Assembly: GCA_964486045.1 (NCBI GenBank) | Contig: CAZALK010000006.1 | Span: 64,001-128,000 of the forward strand | Length of the DNA: 64,000 nucleotides | Reading direction: 5' to 3' | From: an uncultured archaeon | GTDB lineage: Archaea; Asgardarchaeota; Lokiarchaeia; Sigyniarchaeales; SOKP01 | Part shown: in pieces, positions 59,445-64,000 of the stretch | How the letters are laid out: each line of letters begins with the position of its first letter | Position numbering within the stretch: the stretch's first letter is position 1 | Position numbers and translations under genes: made by a program | The notes under the pieces: generated by a model | What the model was told of the DNA's origin: nothing | The model's database searches: none | What the model saw: only the letters and a program-made list of their open reading frames with translations

Positions 59445-60384
59445 TGTAGATAAGCCTATTCCCCAGGATAATGAAATACTCATAAAAATACATGCAACAT
59501 CAGTAACCATGGGGGATTGTGAGATGCGAGGTCTCAAATTCTCTGGGATGTTAAAGTACCTCATGCGACTCGGACTTGGTCTCAGAGGACCAAAAAAAAA
59601 ATACTCTATACCAGGACAGGAGTTAGCCGGGGAAATTGAGGCAGTTGGTGGTGAAGTAAATCTGTTTAAGGAAGGTGACTCAGTTTATGCTTCGACCGGT
59701 TTTCATTTTGGTGCTTATGCTGAATATGTAAGTCTACCTGAAGATGCAGAGATAGCAATAAAACCGACCAATATGACCTATGAAGACGCTGCCGTTATTC
59801 CTGTTGGGGGAATGGAGGCATTACATTATATTAGAAAAGCAAATATTCAGAAAGGGCAAACAATACTTATCAGTGGAGCTTCTGGAAGTATAGGTACTGC
59901 TGCGATACAGCTTGCTAAGTATTATGGAGCTGATGTTACCGCAGTTGGTAATCCCACCAGTTTAGAGGTTATGAAATCTTTAGGAGCTGATTATGTAGTT
60001 GATTACACTAAAGAGGATTTTACCCAAAGCGGGGAGACCTATGATGTTATTTTTGATGTGATTGGTAAGTGCTCGTTTACAAATTGTTTAAGTTCGTTAA
60101 ATGAAGGAGGAGTTTTTCTTAATGCTAATCCTCAGCTGACATTGATTAATCATCAAAAAAGGGCTTCAAAGGGAAGCGGAATAAAATTGATAAGTAGGAA
60201 CATGGACAAACCAATGGAAAGGATTGAACAATTGTATAAGCTCAAAGAGCTTATTGAAGCGGAAAAGATAAAATCAGTAGTGGATAAGCGCTATCCACTG
60301 AAACAAATTGTCGAGGCTCATAGCTATGTCGAAAAGGGGCAGAAAACAGGAAATGTGTCTATCTCTTTGGAGGAATATTTATGA
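59356..60384 (+). CDS. Zn-free MDR NAD(P)H oxidoreductase, paralogue 3
   Basis: Same motifs; GASGSIG. Start could be the second ATG at 59389. Confidence 0.9.
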   Translation: MTESKYLEGKLMKAIVYTKYGPPDVLQLKDVDKPIPQDNEILIKIHATSVTMGDCEMRGLKFSGMLKYLMRLGLGLRGPKKKYSIPGQELAGEIEAVGGEVNLFKEGDSVYASTGFHFGAYAEYVSLPEDAEIAIKPTNMTYEDAAVIPVGGMEALHYIRKANIQKGQTILISGASGSIGTAAIQLAKYYGADVTAVGNPTSLEVMKSLGADYVVDYTKEDFTQSGETYDVIFDVIGKCSFTNCLSSLNEGGVFLNANPQLTLINHQKRASKGSGIKLISRNMDKPMERIEQLYKLKELIEAEKIKSVVDKRYPLKQIVEAHSYVEKGQKTGNVSISLEEYL

Positions 60385-61346
60385 AAGCGATTGTGTATAC
60401 AGAATACGGGGGGCCGGAGGTTCTCCATCTCAAGGAGATAGATAAACCTACACCTAATGATAATGAAGTTCTGATAAAAATTCATGCGTCAACCTTAAAT
60501 GCTGCTGATTTGGATTTTCTGAGAGGTAAGATTCAATTCTCTCGAAAACCAAGATATGAGATACTCGGATCTGACATAGCAGGGGTTATTGAAGAGATTG
60601 GCGGAAATGTAAAGGAGTTTCAGCTTGGTGATGAGATATTCTTAGACTCATCCCGGTGCGGTTTTAGCGCTTTTGCTGAGTATGTATGTATTCCTGAAAA
60701 TGCATTAAGACTGAAACCATCCAGCATAACATTCGAAGAAGCAGCAACCTTACCTCAAGCGGGAATCCTCGCCTTGCAGGGTCTTCGCGATAAAAGACAG
60801 ATTCAACCAGGAAAAAAGGTTTTGATAAATGGTGCAGGTGGTGGTGTGGGTACCTTTGCAGTGCAGATTGCCAAATTATTTGGGGCTGAAGTGACTGGTG
60901 TAGACAGCCCGGAAAAATTAGAAATAGTGCGCTCGATTGGTGCTGACCACGTTATTGATTACACGAAGGAGGACTTTACTAAAAATGAGCAGCGTTATGA
61001 CATGATACTTGATGTTGTGGTATCTCATTCTATTTCAGATTATAAGAGCGTTCTGAATCCCAGCGGGATTCTTCGCATGGTTGGAGGTTCTATGAGTAAA
61101 GTTTTCAAAGCTGCATTACTCGGACCATTGATTTCAAGGAATAAAAAAATGACTATTGTAGTGTGGAGACCAAATAAAAAAGAAGATATGCTTTTTTTGA
61201 CAGAACTTCTTGAATCCGGCAAAATAGTTCCTGTTATAGATAAACGTTATCCATTAAGTGAAGTAGCTGAAGCTTTCCGGTATCTTGAAGAAGGACACCA
61301 CAAAGGAAAAATTGTAATTACAATGGAACAAAATAGCAAAACCTAG
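60381..61346 (+). CDS. Zn-free MDR NAD(P)H oxidoreductase, paralogue 4
   Basis: GAGGGVG; ATGA overlap with paralogue 3. Confidence 0.9.
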   Translation: MKAIVYTEYGGPEVLHLKEIDKPTPNDNEVLIKIHASTLNAADLDFLRGKIQFSRKPRYEILGSDIAGVIEEIGGNVKEFQLGDEIFLDSSRCGFSAFAEYVCIPENALRLKPSSITFEEAATLPQAGILALQGLRDKRQIQPGKKVLINGAGGGVGTFAVQIAKLFGAEVTGVDSPEKLEIVRSIGADHVIDYTKEDFTKNEQRYDMILDVVVSHSISDYKSVLNPSGILRMVGGSMSKVFKAALLGPLISRNKKMTIVVWRPNKKEDMLFLTELLESGKIVPVIDKRYPLSEVAEAFRYLEEGHHKGKIVITMEQNSKT

Positions 61347-61449
61347 CAAAACTCTATGCTCGCTATTCCTGTTGAAGTGTTATAGATTCTGTAATTTAGA
61401 TACTTCAAAATTGATGTATTTCATAGGTACTATATAACTATAAAAATAA

Positions 61450-61854
61450 TTATTGTAGGTTAATGTTTACCTTAAAATTTACGTCAGTTATCCATGAAAT
61501 GGCTGGAATACTCTCTGTACCTGCTGTAAACTCAAACGATCCTAGATTTTGAGACTTCATCACATCAATGATACGGTCTTTTGCTTTCTCTAATAACTTT
61601 TTCAAGAATTTTTCAAGTTTAGACGATTCTTCTTCCACGTTTTCTTCACTTAGAAGATCTTCCCTTTGGTATTCAAAAGTAGCTACTGTACCTACCCCTG
61701 CGATTTTACACGTTATTTCGAGATTTACAACGAAATTTCTTGTTATTGAGTCTAAGATATCCTTGATAGCTCTTAAAAGAGCGCTTTTTATCTCATCAAA
61801 TCCCTTTTTAGACTTTGCTTTCTCTTTAATCATTTCTTTTATTTTTTTTGACAT
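61450..61854 (-). CDS. Hypothetical protein
   Basis: 134-aa ORF with GAGGT upstream; no family recognised. Confidence 0.6.
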   Translation of the reverse strand: MSKKIKEMIKEKAKSKKGFDEIKSALLRAIKDILDSITRNFVVNLEITCKIAGVGTVATFEYQREDLLSEENVEEESSKLEKFLKKLLEKAKDRIIDVMKSQNLGSFEFTAGTESIPAISWITDVNFKVNINLQ

Positions 61855-61976
61855 AAAAACTCTATACCTCTTAACTTTTATAATTATTTGGATTTAAACT
61901 TGCTATTGAATAATGTTCTTAGCTTTTGATGCATAAAAAATAAATTAGATTAAGATTATTATCTAAAAATATTAAT

Positions 61977-62996
61977 TTAAATTTTATAGAGATGGTCTAA
62001 AGTTATTACTACATGTCCCTTTTTTTCTCCTGTTTCAACATATCTGTGAGCTTCGGCAGTCTGTTCCAGTGGATAGCGTCTATCTATAACCGATTTTATC
62101 TTTCCTCCCTCAATAAGCCCCTTGAGGAAGAGTAAATCTTCAGTTTTTGGGTATGTTGCCCCGAATATCACTTTCTTGCTGCTCTTCTTTGAAATTTTTC
62201 TTCCTCGTAACTTCTGTGATGTCCCAGGGTTAGCTATAAGATAATGTCCGTTTTGTCTTAGCGAATTTATACTACCTGAAAATGAACTCTTGCTTATGAT
62301 GTCAAGAATAAAATCATAGGTTTCACCGCTCTTAGTGAAATCTTCTTGTGTGTAATCAATGACATGGTCAGCACCAATCGAGCGCAACATGTCCAATTTC
62401 TCTGTGCTTTCTACACCAGTCACTTCCGTCCCAAAGTACTTGGCAAGCTGCACCGCAAATGTACCTATAGTTCCACCCGCACCATTAATCAGAACCTTTT
62501 GTCCGCTCTGAATATTTCCTTTTCTAAGAAAATTCAATGCTTCAAGTCCCCCAACAGGAACGGTGGCTGCTTCCTCATGGGTCATATTGGTCGGTTTTAT
62601 TGCCATCTGACTATTGTTCGACTTATCTCCTTGTTCAGGTTCTTCAGGTAGACATATGTACTCAGCACAAGTACCCATACCAACAAAACCAGTAGCAGCA
62701 AAAACTTGGTCACCTTCTTTAAATAGTTTTATATCTTTGCCCACTGATTCTATTTCCCCGGATAACTCCATACCTAGTATTGTGATTCTCTTTGGTTTTC
62801 TGAGTCCGATATATAGTCGCATAAGCAGACGAAACTTCAGTGGCAATTTGAGATTTCGTTGTTCACAGTCCCCTGAAGTTACTGTTGTCGCATATATCCT
62901 TATCAATACTTCATTGTCTTTGGGAGTAGGTTTAACCACCTCTGCGAGCTGAAGAACTTCCGGATCCCCGTATTTTGTCCACACAATCGCTTTCAT
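61977..62996 (-). CDS. Zn-free MDR NAD(P)H oxidoreductase, paralogue 5
   Basis: MKAIVWTKYG, GAGGTIG. Confidence 0.9.
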   Translation of the reverse strand: MKAIVWTKYGDPEVLQLAEVVKPTPKDNEVLIRIYATTVTSGDCEQRNLKLPLKFRLLMRLYIGLRKPKRITILGMELSGEIESVGKDIKLFKEGDQVFAATGFVGMGTCAEYICLPEEPEQGDKSNNSQMAIKPTNMTHEEAATVPVGGLEALNFLRKGNIQSGQKVLINGAGGTIGTFAVQLAKYFGTEVTGVESTEKLDMLRSIGADHVIDYTQEDFTKSGETYDFILDIISKSSFSGSINSLRQNGHYLIANPGTSQKLRGRKISKKSSKKVIFGATYPKTEDLLFLKGLIEGGKIKSVIDRRYPLEQTAEAHRYVETGEKKGHVVITLDHLYKI

Positions 62997-63037
62997 GAAT
63001 ATTCCTATAAGGGTTGTCTTATTTCGAGGAAAATCAT

Positions 63038-63994
63038 CTAATTCTGGGCCACAGTTATAGCTACATTTCCCTTTTTGTGTCCTTTGTCTACGTATGCATG
63101 AGCTTCGACAATCTGCTCAAAAGTATAGGTTCTATCTATGACCGATTTTAACTTCCCAGCTTCAAGGAGCTCTTTGAGGAAAAGTAGATCATCAACCGTT
63201 TCCTTTCCTATTGATTTAAACACGGAAAGAAAGACTCCATTCTCCTTTAATGCACCCTTAATTCTTGAAGACGAAATTTTCCCTGCAGCATTAAAAATGA
63301 TATCATAGAGCTCTCCACTTTCTGTAAAATCCTCTTTAGTGTAGTCAATTACTTTATCGGCTCCTAGAGATTTCACCAATTCTAAGTTCGTGGTACTGCA
63401 GACCCCGGTAACTTCTGCTCCATAGTACTTAGCAAGTTGTACAGCAAATGTACCTACGCTACCAGAAGCTCCATGGATAAGAACTTTTTGTCCTTTCTGG
63501 ATATTTTCCTTTCTAAGATGACGCAATGCTGTAATTCCTCCATTAACAACAGCAGCAGCCTCCCCATATGTTATATTGGCTGGTTTTATTACAATCAATC
63601 CGTCTTCAGGTAAGCATTTGTACTCGGCATAAGCACCGAATTTCGTCGAGAAAGTAGATGCAAGAACCTGATCGCCTTTCTTAAATAATGTTACATCTTT
63701 ACCCACTGCTTCAATTTCCCCAGCTAACTCCATTCCAAGTATCGTTCTCTTTGGTTTTCTAAAACCTACAACAAAATGCATCATTATAGAATAAAATTTG
63801 GAATCTGGGTGTTTGCCTCTCCGAAGTATTGTGTCACCTACGTGTACTGTTGTTGCATATATTTTTACCAGTACTTCATTTTCCTTGGGAGTTGGTTTTT
63901 CTACCTCTTTAAGCTGAAGGACATCCGGTGGTCCGTATTTTGTATATACAATTGCTTTCATGAGTTTTCCCTCAAGATATTTTGATTCAGTCAT
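63038..63994 (-). CDS. Zn-free MDR NAD(P)H oxidoreductase, paralogue 6
   Basis: [24 protein letters not shown]. Confidence 0.9.
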   Translation of the reverse strand: MTESKYLEGKLMKAIVYTKYGPPDVLQLKEVEKPTPKENEVLVKIYATTVHVGDTILRRGKHPDSKFYSIMMHFVVGFRKPKRTILGMELAGEIEAVGKDVTLFKKGDQVLASTFSTKFGAYAEYKCLPEDGLIVIKPANITYGEAAAVVNGGITALRHLRKENIQKGQKVLIHGASGSVGTFAVQLAKYYGAEVTGVCSTTNLELVKSLGADKVIDYTKEDFTESGELYDIIFNAAGKISSSRIKGALKENGVFLSVFKSIGKETVDDLLFLKELLEAGKLKSVIDRTYTFEQIVEAHAYVDKGHKKGNVAITVAQN

Positions 63995-64000
63995 TTTCCT

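Noticed and set aside
589-63985. Numerous short ORFs antisense to or overlapping long genes (for example 882-1202, 3943-4248, 16074-16466, 41866-42309, 61568-61897)
   Set aside because: Shadow ORFs of well-supported genes, with no motifs of their own.
57238-63994. Zinc-dependent alcohol dehydrogenases
   Set aside because: The catalytic GHE motif and the structural four-Cys lobe are absent.
1-64000. rRNA, tRNA, CRISPR arrays, transposases, integrases
   Set aside because: None recognised by eye; a tRNAscan/Infernal run would be needed to exclude small RNAs.

Overview
AT-rich archaeal chromosomal DNA, very likely an Asgard archaeon (Lokiarchaeia). This is inferred from Alba plus a histone-fold gene, Rag- and Arf-like small GTPases, longin/uDENN-like domains, a Loki-CTERM-type IPGY sorting signal and a Loki-type 'EFWGHCSN' domain. 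In order, the window holds: the 3' part of rad50; a histone and alba pair; signal peptidase I; lipid and sugar catabolic genes; a GC-richer allFGHK-like (FdrA/DUF1116/DUF2877/carbamate kinase) plus nucleoside-type ABC transporter island; a signalling locus; a GC-richer RPH-like PEP-utilising phosphotransferase pair; cobO and two acyl-CoA ligases; a sulfatase; a split membrane histidine kinase; a sirtuin; a CoA-transferase operon; and six MDR oxidoreductase paralogues. The main discovery candidate is the locus at 28.3-36.4 kb. There an ArsR gene and a RagC/D-like GTPase precede one ~1647-codon reading frame, broken only by a single in-frame TAA. It encodes longin/uDENN-like, Arf-like GTPase, longin/uDENN-like, then 7 PAS and 2 GAF-like domains, with no kinase. 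This suggests a prokaryotic sensor array wired directly to a eukaryote-type small-GTPase module. No rRNA, tRNA, CRISPR array or transposase was recognised. All family calls come from motif recognition by eye; no database searches were run.
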